Below are positions 27,408 through 40,754 of a DNA stretch of 64,000 nt, one piece after another. The translations under genes and the position numbers were made by a program. Position 1 is the first letter of the stretch, and each line of letters starts with the position of its first letter. Source of the stretch: the human T2T-CHM13v2.0 reference genome, Homo sapiens; NCBI RefSeq assembly GCF_009914755.1, contig NC_060945.1; one strand, given 5' to 3'. The notes beneath the pieces were generated by a model, which was given only the letters and a program-made list of their open reading frames with translations, made no database searches and had not been told where the DNA came from.

Positions 27408-30400
27408 GTTGGTCGCCGGTGGCCGGCAGGCTGGCAGCCCTAACACAGGCAGGGCTGCGAGTGCAGTCACCCAGGTCTGCAGGAGCAGCAGGCCGAGGCC
27501 AGCGGAGATGACCCCGATGAGCCCACTTCAGGTCGGGGCTGGGTGTGGGCACATGGTTCCCGGCAGCGTGTGACCCAGTCCTGGCCAGCCGCTGCCCTCT
27601 GCGGGCCCCAGGGCTGCGAAGAGGCCTTCTGCCTGGGGCAGTATCAAGGCTGCAGAGTTTTCCTCCAAAGCCACACCTCGACTGGAAGGGGCGAGTTCGA
27701 GGACTCTGTGGGTGGTAGCCATGGGCAAATGCAGAGCTGCTGCTGTTGCTTTGCAGTGCCTATAGGACTTAGAGGGCCTGGAGCATCAGTTCCCTGAACA
27801 GCACCCAGATCACCCTGTACTGGGGACACAGTTCATTCCCCCCTTCCCTAACTCTGCAGTAAAATCTTGAGGCTGTCATCTGGGGAAGCCACCTTGTCCG
27901 TTCAGCCATGAAGACAGAAACAGTGCCATCGTTCCAGGAGACTCCAGCTGGATCCAGCTGTCACCTCAATAACCTGTTGAGTAGGCGGAAGGTGATGGCT
28001 GTGGGGGTCTTGCTTGCTGGCTCCTGGTCATACACCTTCTGGTCAGCATGTGGCTGCTGTGCCTTCTGTCTGCATTGCTAGTGGTGCTGGGAGGATGGCT
28101 GGGCTCCAGTGTCTCTGGAGTGGCTTCGAGTCCACTGCTCCTGGAAGGCTTCATCCCATTGGCCACCTGTCCTCTATTCCCTGAGACAGAAAGACAACTG
28201 GAACAGGAGATCAACTGCACCATCCAGATGTGATTATTTGAGATTTTATATTATCCTGGTACCATTCTGAGAGCCAGGAGCCAGCCTTTGCAGAGGAAAT
28301 GGAGGCAGCCATGAAAGAGTTGGTCCAGGAGCTTCAGAGGAGGATGAGCATGATGGACCATCATGCTCTTGCTCAGAGTGTTCTGACTCTCTGTCGTTTT
28401 TCACCTGCAGAGCTACATTCAGGCAAAGGAGACCACTACAGGGAAGAATGGTCCAGTTGAGCCTTCCCACCTCTGGGAGGCTTACTGCCGGGCTACTGCC
28501 CCACATCCTGCTGTGCACAGCCCCAGTGCTGAAGTCACCTATACATGTGGTATTGTGAATTTGTTGCTTCAAGGGCTGGTGCCCAAGTCCCACTTGGAGA
28601 CTCATACTGGATGCCATGTAGTGGTTGAACTCATCATATGCAGTGTAGTCTTACCATTGATCAGCAGGCTGTCAGATCCTGACTGGATCCACCTTGTCCT
28701 CATGGTTATCTTTTCCAAGGCCAGAGATCCAACACCCTGCCCAGCCAGTGGCCCTGAACAGCCCTCAGTGCCCACGTCTCTGCCACTTATTGCTGAGGTA
28801 CAGCAGCTTCCAGAAGGGAGGGCTCCTTCTCCAGTAGCAGCCCCAGGGTTCCTAAGTAAACAGTGAGCCAGAGATTCCTGCAGGCCCCTCCTCAGAGGTT
28901 GAAGGTGGCCACGAAGCTGTAGAGGGAGATTTGGGTGGAATGTCTGAAAAAAAAAAAAGTAGGAAACAACTCATCTCATTTCCTATAGCCAAATACTTGA
29001 GGCCCCCTGTTCTTATGTGGAGACTCAGAGCTGGAGTCTCCGCTGTCTGAAGTAGGCTAAGAAACCATCATGCTCATGACTCCAGGCCACTTTCTGTCTG
29101 ACAGGATTCAGGATGCCCTGTGTGCCCTAGAGGGTTCCCAGGCTCTGGAACCCAAAGGTGGTGAGGGATCTGAAGGAGTAGAGGCTGAGGGTCCAGGGAC
29201 AGAAACAGAGACAGTCCTGCCTGTCTCCACACTGAACTTCTGCCCAGAGATACAGATTGACATAGCAGACAAGGAGATAGAACAAGGAGAAGTTACCACC
29301 TCTGTTACAGCTTTGCTGGAGGGGCTGGAAAAGACCTGCTCCTCACGGCCCTCATGCTTAGAGAAGGATCTCACCAATGATGTGACCTACCTTGATCCTA
29401 GTCTGCTACCAGTTCAGTTCTGCTTTCCTCCTCTTCACCTGGTCCTCTCAGCTCAGCCATCTTCAGCTTTGAACCCCTAAGCAGTCCAGATGGCCCAGTT
29501 GTCATCCAGAACCTTCATATCACTGGCACCATTACAGCCCAAGAGCTCAGTGGCACCGGATTGCAACCATGCACACGCTATACTGTGAAGTGTGAGACAT
29601 CCCTTGATGGTGAAAACAGCAGCCTGCAGCAGCTGGCCTACCACACTGTGAATCACCGCTATTGGGAGTTCTTGAATCTGCAGGCCATCAGGAGAAGAAA
29701 CCAGATCTATGAAAGTTCATTAAAAATGTGAAGGGTTCTAAAAAGCTCTTTCCAGATCTTCCATTTGGAAAACATAGACAGTGACAGAGTAGAAGCCCGA
29801 AAGAGCCTCCTATAATAATTCCTGAAGCAATTGTGTGCCATTCCGGAGATCGCTAACAGTGAGGAGGTGCAGGAGTTTCTTGCTGTGAACACAGATGCTC
29901 ACATTTCCTTTGTCAAGAAACCATTTATGGTCTCTAGAATAGAGAAGATGGTGGTGAGTGCCATTGTGGACAACTTGAAGACAGCATTTCCTTGCTCTGA
30001 ATCCCAGGGCCCAACAGAGGAGCTGAGTGAGGCCGAGACTGAAAGCAAGTCCCAAACAGAAGGCAAGAAGGCTAGGAAGTCCAGGCTGAGGTTCTCATCC
30101 AGTAAAATTTCGCCAGCATTAAGTGTGACTGAAGCACAAGACACGATTCTTTATTGTCTCCAGGAAGGCAATGTGGAGTCCAAGACCCTATCCATGTCTG
30201 GGATGGAATCTTTTATTGAAAAACAGACAAAGTTACTGGAGGTGCAGCCAACAGAAGCCCCAGAAAAAGATCCTGAACAACTTCCCAAAGGACATGTGGA
30301 CAGTTGCTTGTCAGATGCAGCTGTGCCAGCCCAAGATCCCAGCAACAGCGATTCAGGAACAGAGACAGAGTTAGCTGACACAGCCCTGAATCTGCTTCTC

Positions 30401-32324
30401 TTGCTACTAACAGAACAGTGGAAATGGCTGTGTATTGAAAACATGCAGAAGTTTCTTCGTCTTATCTTTGGTACCCTAGTTCAAAGGTGGCTAGAGGTGC
30501 AGGTAGCTAATTTAACAAGTCCACAGTGCTGGGTGCAGTACCTCTGGCTTCTTCAGGAGTCCATCTGGCCTGGTGGAGTTTTGCCTAAGTTTCCACGGCC
30601 TGTAAGGACCCAGGAGCAGAAACTGGCTGCTGAGAAACAGGCTTTGCAGAGCCTAATGGGAGTCTTCCCAGATCTCATAGTAGAAATTCTTGGGGTGAAC
30701 AAATGCCAGCTGAATGTTTAGTCTTGGAGTCACTACAACAACCACTCATCAACAGGCATTTGATTTACTGCCTTGGGGACATTATCCTGGAATTCTTGGA
30801 TCTCAGTGCCTCTGTTGAGGAGTCCGCTGCTACCACCTCTGCTTAAGATACCCCAGGCAGCCCTAAGAGGATGGGTGTCTCCTCATAGTTGGTTATTCCC
30901 GCATCCTTCCCAGGTCAGGGAAGTAGAGTTACTCAGCCACCCAGAGACCAGTGAGGAAGCCTGCATCCTCTGGAAGTAGGCTACAGCTCAGAAGGCCTAG
31001 GCTCCCAGTGGCTCAATTCTCTCCCACTTCTCCATTTGTAGCAGGTGACACAGGGTATGTGTCCCAGTTGCATGCACATTTATTTCCATGTCCCTTTTGT
31101 GGTGTTGGGATTGTTGTTGGTGAGTAGATTCTGTTTCCTTTGGGAAAAGAAGATGTGAGGTAGAGGAACAATCCCCTTTTGCTTCTCCTTTTGCCGTCCT
31201 CCCTGAGATTGTTTGCCAGAACCCTGGCCCTGTGCACAGATGTATTTAATCCACCAGCACACAAGCTCTGGATAGAACAGGAAAAAAGCAATGGCCAGAT
31301 TTCCTTGGAGGAAAGAACAACCTTCTGAGCTCTCTGTTCCTACCCGGAAACTAAAAATTCATTCTGGGCCATTCTCAAAAACCAGACTCCTGGGTCTTAC
31401 CTAGTTTCCCAACAGTTCCAGAAGAAGAAGGAGGGAAGAAAATTTTTCAAGGGACTTCTTGCTCATGTGTTGCTGTTTCCCAACACATCAGCCTTATGGA
31501 AGATGTCATCAGGCTGCTTCCCTGGAAGGCTACACTTTTCCTTTCCAGAAGACTTCAAAGCTGATTGCAAAAGCTTCTGGTAAATCCACCGCACCCTTCA
31601 CACCCTTTCCTGAAAGGCATTTGTACCACACATTTTATTTATTGTCTCTCCTCCCAACCCCCTGCCCTAGAGCAACTGGGTTTTTGAATTTGTGACCCTC
31701 TCATTATCTTCAGCAAATTTGCATGACAACTTGCATATTCAGCCTCAGCTTTTCCCAGGAGAAGGTAAAGCACTTGCCTCCTGTCTTAAGAATGCAAAAA
31801 GAGTAGGAATAGCAAGCTGGGGGAGTGAAATCTCCCTTCATAAGTCTTTGATGGGGAACTTTTATTGCTCTGAACAGGTAAGATTAGCAAACTTACAAGG
31901 AATAGCTTCTTCTTTCCTGTTCCTTATGGTTATAATTAGCCTTTAAAGAACTCCAGCAAAGGTGTTCTGTTAGGCCACATCTATTAGAAAGGCAAAGAAA
32001 TTAGGAATTGCTGGAGGAGAAGGATAAATCAGGAGGAATTGCTGGTAGAAGAGGATGCAGACAGTCACAGGGAAGTGGTATATATTAAGTACACATGAAT
32101 AGCTGGCAAAAAGGTGTCAGAGATGTTACTCGGAGCCATTTGGCTTCACACTTGCCTGTTAGTGCCTTGCTTTCGCTGAATTACCAGAGCCTACCGCTTG
32201 GAGGAAGGTCTTGGAGTTAGACTAATGAGAAGGCAATGGGGTGCCAAAAACAGGTGTCAGAGTTCTCTTAGATTCTGAAGTAGGTGGTGAGCACACAATT
32301 AAAGTGGTTTGTGGAAGAAAAAAA
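27408..32324 (+). pseudogene. SNX19P1: Processed pseudogene of sorting nexin 19 (SNX19); decayed CDS 27908-30888 plus 5' and 3' UTR
   Basis: Intronless; ATG 27908 gives MKTETVPSFQETPAGSSCHLNNLL and the CDS ends KRMGVSS-stop at 30888. PXA, PX and PXC remnants (RLSDPDWIHL, IPEIANSEEVQEFLA, LQESIWPGG) with many frameshifts and stops. ATTAAA 32298-32303 and a residual A-tract. The SNX19 parent is secure; the paralog number is inferred from recalled gene order. Confidence 0.93.
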
Positions 32325-34475
32325 TGCTTCTCTTACTGAATCTCTTGATTATAGTTTATAATCAAAATTATTGTAAAACTTTTCTCCATTTGTAAGTAAT
32401 TACACATATAAAGTATCTCCCTCATTCGGTAGATTTCATATTTCTTTCAGAAATGTATATCAAGTATAAAACATTTTGAATTCTAAATTGCACTTAAAAT
32501 TATTCATTGTTGGTTATATAATTATAACCAAGTACATTAATGACTACATACTGTAAACTTTCTTTGCCATGTGGCACAAATAGTTAATTTACCTTTTCTT
32601 TCTCTGTTTATCTATCTTCTATGTCCTAGTCTATTTCAGTTTTCTCTCAAGTAGTGGTTTTCATTGAACTACCAAAAAGTTGCAGGTCAACCACACTTGA
32701 AGAAAAACGTGTTAATAACATATAGTTTAAAGCTTTTTTTATTTATAAAATTATATTCCAAATTGTTAAATTAATTTTATTATGCAGACTTGATGTCTGA
32801 AAACTTCTTAAAATAGAGAAGTTCACAATATTAGATACTGTGTCTTTCTTCATATAATGACAAAAGACTTCAGTTCTGAAATTTTAGGAAAAGTTTTGCT
32901 TTAAGATTAATTAAAACATAAGATTGCATAAGCAGAGAGCATGTAGGTACGGCTATTCTATGGAAAACTTATTTTGTTATTAGAACTGTTAGGAACATCT
33001 TTTGAGAATATTCAGGCTATATATGATGCTGCAAATTTATTTTCATAATTGCTATAACTGGCAGGGCAAGCAGATGATATGTTTGTAGCTATCTCGTTGT
33101 AAGCACATCTCCAGGAATAAAAAAGGGCCTTAAGAAGAGGGAGGCAGGTGGCACAGTAATCACATCATGAACACAGATGTGGTGGCCCCTGAGAAAGAGT
33201 CATGATGACAGCTGCATTCTTTGTTTCTATCTCATATGTAATCTAATTTCAAGGAAGTATCAAAGTGTCGGGGTGGAGAGAGGATAAGAATCACTAGCAT
33301 GAAATCTAAAGTGCAGTCATCCAGTTGCCTGATGTCTTCTGAGGTGGTTCACCCAGATTCACAATACAGATAATTAAATTCAGAGCTGCAGAGATAGGGA
33401 AAATAAGATGTGGAAATAGGCTTCTTCTGAAGTATTATTCAGGTCTCCTCCTTTTCTTCCAAATGCCATCCCCATCAGTATACTCAAGGCATCTGATGGC
33501 ATTGATGAGCAACTGAAAAATCATTTAATTAATCATCAGGTTCTTTATCCTTACTTAAAAATGTAGAGGCACAAAAGTCATGTGTCAAAATATGCTCTTT
33601 TTTAATAGAGTGTGGTCCACTACCCACTGTGTGTCCTCTTAACCTTTCCAGAGTAGGTGTCCTTACAGCATAAATTTAGCATAAAATTAGACACGTTCCA
33701 GTATAAAATATAATGAAGACATAATAAGCCAATACTGAATTCTTTAGTGAATCTAGAAAATTCACTTTAATTTTTTTTTCTAGAAAATGGATTTATTTTA
33801 GTGTATTTATTTGTTTTTGCATTTGCCTCATGGTTCTGCATGGCTAACTTGTTAAAGTCACAAGATATCGTATATTGGGTGGATTTGCAAGCGATGTTTA
33901 GTGTTTTCTTCCCTGATGAACCAACATAACCATCATTCTGCTATGAGTCTATGTTATGAAATATGTCTATGTCCTGCTATTCTCAGGCTTCATTTTTGCC
34001 TCTAAATCTTCCAGGTACTGTTGTTTTTGACAATGTAATGGATATTACTTCTTTCTGTGCCTTCAAAATTTCAGTAAGGAAATAAACTGGTTACCAAAAA
34101 CACCTGTTTGTTAAAATTGGAGTCAAACTTTTTAAAGAAGAGATGTACTTTGTTTTCTTTCCTAAATATTTAAAAATTAATAGGATTTATCCATAGTATA
34201 ACATGGTTTTAAAAAGTAATTTAACTTTAGTTTTATTGAATACCTATTTGTGTAGTATATTACATTTATTTTTGTTAATATTAAATTTTTTAAAATTTAG
34301 GTATAAATTGTGCATTTTATATGATATTTATACCATTATTTTACTTTGGGTTCTCTCATTTAAAATTATAACCAAAGTTACACTGTTATTCATGTTTTGT
34401 GCTATGCATTTAATATTTTCATGGATTCCTTTTTTTTCTATTTTCAGCTAGTATATATTGCATTATATTTAAAAC

Positions 34476-34660
34476 CACCACAACAGGTAGGAAATGGGGA
34501 GTTGTTACTTGATGGCTATAGAGTTACAGTTTTGTGAGATGGAAAATTTCTGCAGCTCTGTTGCACAGAAATGTGAATATAGTTAATACTTATGATATCT
34601 ACACTTAACATGATTAAGATAGTCAATTTTATGTGTATATTTTTGCTGTAATTAAAAAAT
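34476..34660 (+). mobile_element. L1MB-type 3' end fragment
   Basis: GGAAATGGGGAGTTGTTACTTGATGGCTATAGAGTTACAGTTTTG resembles the L1MB 3' UTR. Confidence 0.65.
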
Positions 34661-34757
34661 ACCATCACAAGTTTGAATGATAAATAACTTATTTTGTATA
34701 ATATTGAGTGTGTTCACATCAATAAGAAAAGCCTAATATACCAATAAGAAAGAGTTA

Positions 34758-35096
<339 letters not shown>

Positions 35097-35397
35097 TTAG
35101 AGATGTGAAAAAAAGTTGCATAACTGGTGACTTGAATATCTATGTTTTTTTGTAAGCTCTACTAATACATTGAGAGTAGTTATTCAAGGAATAAAACAAT
35201 GAAGAGTTAATGCTAATTTTATGTTCACATAGAAAGTATTAGTAGCAGAAAGCGATTTCATCTCAGAGAAAAAGGAAATTCTTACATAACATAATGAATG
35301 ATGCAACCAGGATACAAGAAATTATAACATTATTTTTGTATTTGTCCAAACGTTATTTGAAAATCCTCAGTGCACATACTTTAAGAATTAGGGTTAA

Positions 35398-35463
35398 GGC
35401 CGGGCTTAGTGGCTCACGCCTGTAATCCCAGCACTTTGAGAGACTGAGGTGGGTGGATCACTT
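35398..35463 (+). mobile_element. Alu 5' fragment (66 bp)
   Basis: GGCCGGGCTTAGTGGCTCACGCCTGTAATCCCAGCACTTTG...GGATCACTT, then L1 sequence. Confidence 0.9.
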
Positions 35464-38232
35464 TACTTTGAGCCTGTTGGTGTCATTACATGTATGATAG
35501 GTCTTTTGAAGGCAACAGAAGGTTGTATCTTGTTTTCTTTCCAATTTGCCACTCTATCTTTTAAATGGAGCAATTAAGCTGTTTACATTCAAGGTTAATA
35601 TTTATATGTAAGAGTTTGTTCTGTTGTAGTGTCGTTAGGTAGTTTCTTTGTAATCTTGATTGTGTAGTTGCTTTATAGGGTCTGTTAGCTTTATATTTAT
35701 GTGTGCTTTTATGATAACAAGTATCATTCTTTCGTTTCCATTTTTAGAACTCTTAAAAATTTTCGTAGGACTGATTTGGTGGTAACAAATTCCCTTAGCA
35801 TTTGCTTGTCTAGAAAAGACATTAGTTCTTCTTTGTTTATAAAGCTTAGTTTGGTGGGATGTATAATTCTTTGTTGGCATTTATGTTTTCTTTCAAAATG
35901 CTAAAAATAGACCCCCAGTCTCTTCTGGCTTATAAGGTTTCTGCTGAGATGTCCACCATTAGTCTGATGGTATTCCCTTTATGGGTAATTTGGCCCTTTT
36001 CTCTAGCTTCCTTTGAGATTTTTTTTTATTTCACATTAATCATGAATAGTCTGATGACTATTTGCCTTGGGAATGGTCATATTGTTTAGTATCTCTCAGT
36101 AGTTTTCATAATTTCATATATCTGGATGGCAATGTCTCTAACAAAATTGGGGAAATTTTATTTAATTATTTCCTGAAATATGCTTTCCAATTTGCTTACT
36201 CTTTCTTCTTCTTTCTCAGGAATGCCAGTAAGTCATAGGTTTTTGTTGTTTAACATAATATCATATAATATTTCTTGAAGACTTTGTTCATTTTTTAAAT
36301 TCTTTCCCTCTCTTTTTGTCTGACTGAGTTAATTTGAAACGTGGTCTTTGAGCTCTGGCATTCTCTATTCTGCTTGTCTAGTCTGCAATTAAGTCTTCTG
36401 ATTGTATTTTGAAATTCCTGTAGTAAATTTTTCAATTTCAGAAGTTCTGTTTGGGTTTTCATTAATATACCTATGTCATCTTTCATATCCTGAATCATTT
36501 TCCTGTTTTTTTTTCTATTGGATTTCAACATCCTCTTGAATATTGAGTTTCCTTACAACCCATACTTAGAAATTTTTAATTTGTCATTTCAGACATTTCA
36601 ATCTGGCTAGGTTTCAGTGCTAAAGAGCTAGTGCAATCCTTTGGAGATGTTGAAACACTGTGATTTTTTGTACTGCTGGAGTTCTTATGCTGATTTTTCT
36701 CATCTAAGGAAAGTGTTGTTTCTTATTTTTGAATTTGTATTGTTTGGATGGGGCTCTTTATTTTTTTTTCCCTTGAGGGTGTAACTGTGGTGGATGTTAT
36801 GTATTTTGGCTTAGTTTCTGAATGCTTTTGGTGGGCGACAAGGCTCTACATGTTGGTTGTGGATATGTGGATACGTTTTGTGTGGTGGCTTTATCAGATA
36901 TTGTTTGGTATAGCCATGTATTTTTTATTTGATGGTGCATTTCAGGCTGTAGTCCAGTATATAGCACTTAGGAGTATGATATGGCAGGTAAGCTGCTGCC
37001 CATTGGATGAATTTGCACTGATGAGCATGGTGGGAAGAGATCATGATGGAGTGCCCTGAAGCCTCCAGGAAAGAGATGGAGGGGTGCACCAGCTCTTCAT
37101 CCTGAACTAGAAGAAATGCAGTCTGCTTCCCTATCATATCCCTGTCACAGGTCTCATGACCTTGTTTGTAAAATCTTCATCCTTTAGTTCCCAGCACAGT
37201 GCCTTTGTGGGCCATGGATCTGCCTCTCTGATGGCTACCACTATAACGAGGGTCAGGGTAGAACCTCTTCCTCCAGTACAGGACACACAACTTTGTAGTC
37301 TATCCTCTGTTGTCAGGGTGCTGCCACTCTGTGTTGGAAGGGGGAGTTGGACCCCACCCCTTGTGAAAGCCACAGCAGGCACAGTCTCATTTTCAGCAGG
37401 GATGGATCCACCACCCCTGCTGAAAGCACAAAGAATCACTTTCTTTCAGTGCACACTCACCAGCTCTTGCAGGAAGAACTGCTACTGCATTCATAACAGT
37501 GTACGGTGGATGAAAGGTGGGAGACGATCTTCTTCTTCATAATTATTCCTGGATATTGATGCTGTCTCACTCCTCATTTGGTGCCACATCTGTATTTCCT
37601 TTGTCCCAGGGAGTACTTTCGCAGGCTGTGCTCCCCAGCTCCTTAAAGGGGTGGCTCCATGCTGAGAGTAAGATCTCCAGAGAACCTACAATACCCCAGG
37701 CACCCACTGGTCCCCTGTGCTTGCCAAAGTCAGAGCAGGTTGTAGAGTATATTTGCAGGTGGTCTGGTGGTGCAATGACTTAAGGGCAGAGGATCCTTGG
37801 GAAGGAAAGTGACACACTGGTGCACAACCAGTATGGTGCCCACCATCTCAGTTCAGGTCCAAGGGGAGAGTGGGTATGGCTGTGCGAGCTGGCCACTGGT
37901 TCTGTGTTCTCAGGAAATTCTCTAATCATCACTGATTGTGTTGCCCTGGCTAGCAAGCGCAAAGGGGCTCCCCAACCGTTTAGCACTCGGCAGGTCGTCA
38001 GAGGGGTGTAGAAAGAAGCAACTTCTACCTACCATTTTGGCTGAGCTCTGAGTTGCTCAGAGGTTGATATCAGCCAGAGTCTTGCTGCATTCTTCTTCTG
38101 GGCTTCAACTTCTTCGCGTGGTTACTCCAACAGGTCCTCACTTCTCTATATTTTCCATTCAAAACTTGTTCATTCACTGGTAACTTTGATCTTTCTGAGA
38201 AGAGCTGGCATGTAATTTCCCCAGTCAGCTTG
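35464..38232 (-). mobile_element. Old L1 5' part (ORF2 start, ORF1, 5' UTR)
   Basis: Antisense ORF1 remnants: C-terminal KLSF..DKQMLREFVTTK-like region ~35760-35860 and coiled-coil QTELLKLKNLLQEFQN (36295-36531); GC-richer 5' UTR-like sequence ~36900-38230. Confidence 0.8.
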
Positions 38233-38249
38233 AAAAAAAAAAAAAACTT

Positions 38250-38950
38250 TTTGTTTTCAGAATGTATACATTTATCACTATAAATTTTCTCCTTAGTACT
38301 GCTTTTGCTGTATCCCATTAGTTTTGGTATGCTGTGTTGTCATTTTCATTAGTCTGTAAATATTTTCTAATTTCTACTGTGGTTTCTTCTTTAATCAACT
38401 GATGGTGTAAGAGTGTGTTTAATTTCCACGATTTTGTCAGTTTTCCAGTTTTACTTCTGTTATTGACTTCTCACTTTAATTCATTGTGTTCAGAAAAGAT
38501 ATTTTGTGTGATAGCTATCTTTTAATTCTCCTGAGACCTAATTTGGGCCTAACATATTTTCTGTCTTGGAAAATATCCCATATACACTTGAGAAGGATGT
38601 ATATGCTGTTGTTGGGTAAATATTCTGTATATGTTAGAACAATTTGGTTTATTCTCAGTCCTCTATTTTCCTTACCTATCTTCTGTCTGGTTGTTTTATC
38701 CATATTGAAAGTAGGGTATTGAAGTCTTAAACTGTTATTGTAGAATTGCTTATTTCTCCCTTCCATTATGTCAGTTTTTGCTTCAAATATTTTGATGGTT
38801 TGTAAGCGTTTATGATTGTTATATCTTCTTACTATATTTAACCCTTCATCAGTATATAATGTCCTTTTATGTCTCTTGTAAACATTTTTATTTAAATCCT
38901 AATTTTTCTGATATTAGTATAGCCACCCCTGTTGTCTTTTGACACAACAC
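38250..38950 (-). mobile_element. L1M ORF2 endonuclease fragment
   Basis: Antisense TACTGCTTTTGCTGTATCCCA and GAAAGTAGGGTATTGAAGTC (DFNTLLS motif). Confidence 0.75.
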
Positions 38951-38959
38951 CCTACTCTC

Positions 38960-39610
38960 TTGACTTACCTAGCCAGGTTTTAGTGAAAAATCCTGTTAAG
39001 TCAGTTTGGTAAGAATCCCTGCAACCTTGAAATCAAATTTGTTTTTTTACTGCCAACCTTTGATAGCTAAGTTCTTGGCCAGCCTTTAACAAGAATCCTT
39101 CTAAGCCAACCAGTGATCTCTGACTGCTGTTCAGAAGAAACGAGGGATGGATAATGTAAAAATCTGAATCAATATTTCTAATTCTGGGCACATATTAGAA
39201 TTGGCTAGTAATCTCATATTAGCTTGGTTCCAACAACTGCCCAGCTCACGGAAAGCCTTCTAATTTAGTTTACTTCAGATATTTTTACTTATTTTGCTCT
39301 ACTCTTGTGGATTATATCGCTGTTGTACTCTCTGTGTAGGAACATAGGATAAACTTATTCAATGTTTCCTTAAATTAAACACTTACTAATCTCCCAGATA
39401 TCACCTTTTGTCAGAACTCAGAGTTAGGAATGGCCTTCACCATACTGATGCTTTCTGACTGAGCTCCTCTCTACCCCAAATACAGGGGACCCTAATAATT
39501 AGGCAGGAATATCATTACCCCTATTCAGCCTGAAGAAGTTTCAGAAGATGGATCTTCATCCCTTTGCAGCCCTTGGTATTAAGGATTCTCTTATAAAAGT
39601 GAGGGGGAAA
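38960..39610 (+). mobile_element. MER41 internal (ERV1) 3' segment
   Basis: Ends in polypurine tract AAAAGTGAGGGGGAAA directly before the MER41 LTR. Confidence 0.7.
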
Positions 39611-40154
39611 TGTCAGAGGTGTTTGAACCAGAGCAACTCCATCTTAAACAGGAGCTAGGTAAAATAAGGCTGAGATCTACTGGACTGCATTTCTAGAAGG
39701 TTAAGGCATTCTAAGTCACAGGATGAGATAGGAAGTCGGCACAAGATACAAGTCCCTGACGAAACAGGTTGCAGCAAAGAAGTCAGCCAAAACCCACCAA
39801 AATCAAGATGGTGACAAGAGTGACCTCTGGTTGTCCTCACTACTACACTTCTGCCAGCGCCATGACACTTTACAAATGCCATGGCAACATCAGGAGGTTA
39901 CCTTTTATGGTCTAAAAAGGGGAGGCATGAATAATCCACTCCTTGTTTAGCATATACTCAAGAAATAACCATAAAAAATGGGCAACCAGCATCCGTAGGG
40001 ATGACTCTGTCTATGGAGTAGCCATTCTTTTATTCCTCTACTTTATTAATAAACTTGCTTTCTCTTTACTCTGTGTACTCACTCTGAATTCTCTCTTGCA
40101 TGAGATCCAAGAACCCTCTCTTGGAGTCTGGATCCAGACACCTTTCCTGTAATG
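39611..40154 (+). mobile_element. MER41A LTR (3' LTR)
   Basis: Starts TGTCAGAGGTGTTTGAACCAGAGCAACTCCATCTT, AATAAA near 40048, ends CCTTTCCTGTAATG; matches recalled MER41A. Confidence 0.88.
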
Positions 40155-40461
40155 ACCATGTATGAATTGAAAAAATGATTAGACAGAGTGAAAAACAGAT
40201 TAAAAAATTAGTTCTTAGTGTATGATTTCAATTTTCTAAAACTCTACAAAATTCAAACTAATCTAAAGTGACAAAAAGTAGGCCAGTGGTTCTCTGGGGG
40301 GAGGAGAGTGGACAGGATCTCCATAGTATTACAAGGGATCCCTTGGGAGTGATTTGTATGTTATAGGTAGTGATGTTTTCTTGTTAGTTTAGCACTTACT
40401 TATTGTTTGTTTGCTTGTTTACTTGCTTTCTGTGTCCCCTACTATAATTGATTATCTGTAG

Positions 40462-40678
40462 CCAGGGTTGGCAAATTATGGCTCCATGGGCCAAATCTCA
40501 CTCATAGTCTGTTTATGTATGGCCCACAAGCTAAGAAGTGTTTTTATATTTTTGAAGGGATGTAAAAAAGAAAAAAATGCAACAGTAAGGAACAATATGC
40601 AACAGAGACTATATGCACCTCATAAAGTCTAAATATTTAATATCTGGCCTGTTACAGAAGAAATTTGCCAATCTCTGC
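40462..40678 (+). mobile_element. MER58-family hAT-Charlie MITE
   Basis: Terminal inverted repeats CAGGGTTGGCAAATT ... AATTTGCCAATCTCTG. Confidence 0.8.
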
Positions 40679-40754
40679 TCTATATGATCAATTATCTCCT
40701 ATTCTATTCACATATACGTGGTAGCCAGTATATTACAAAATAGCTAGAAGAGAG

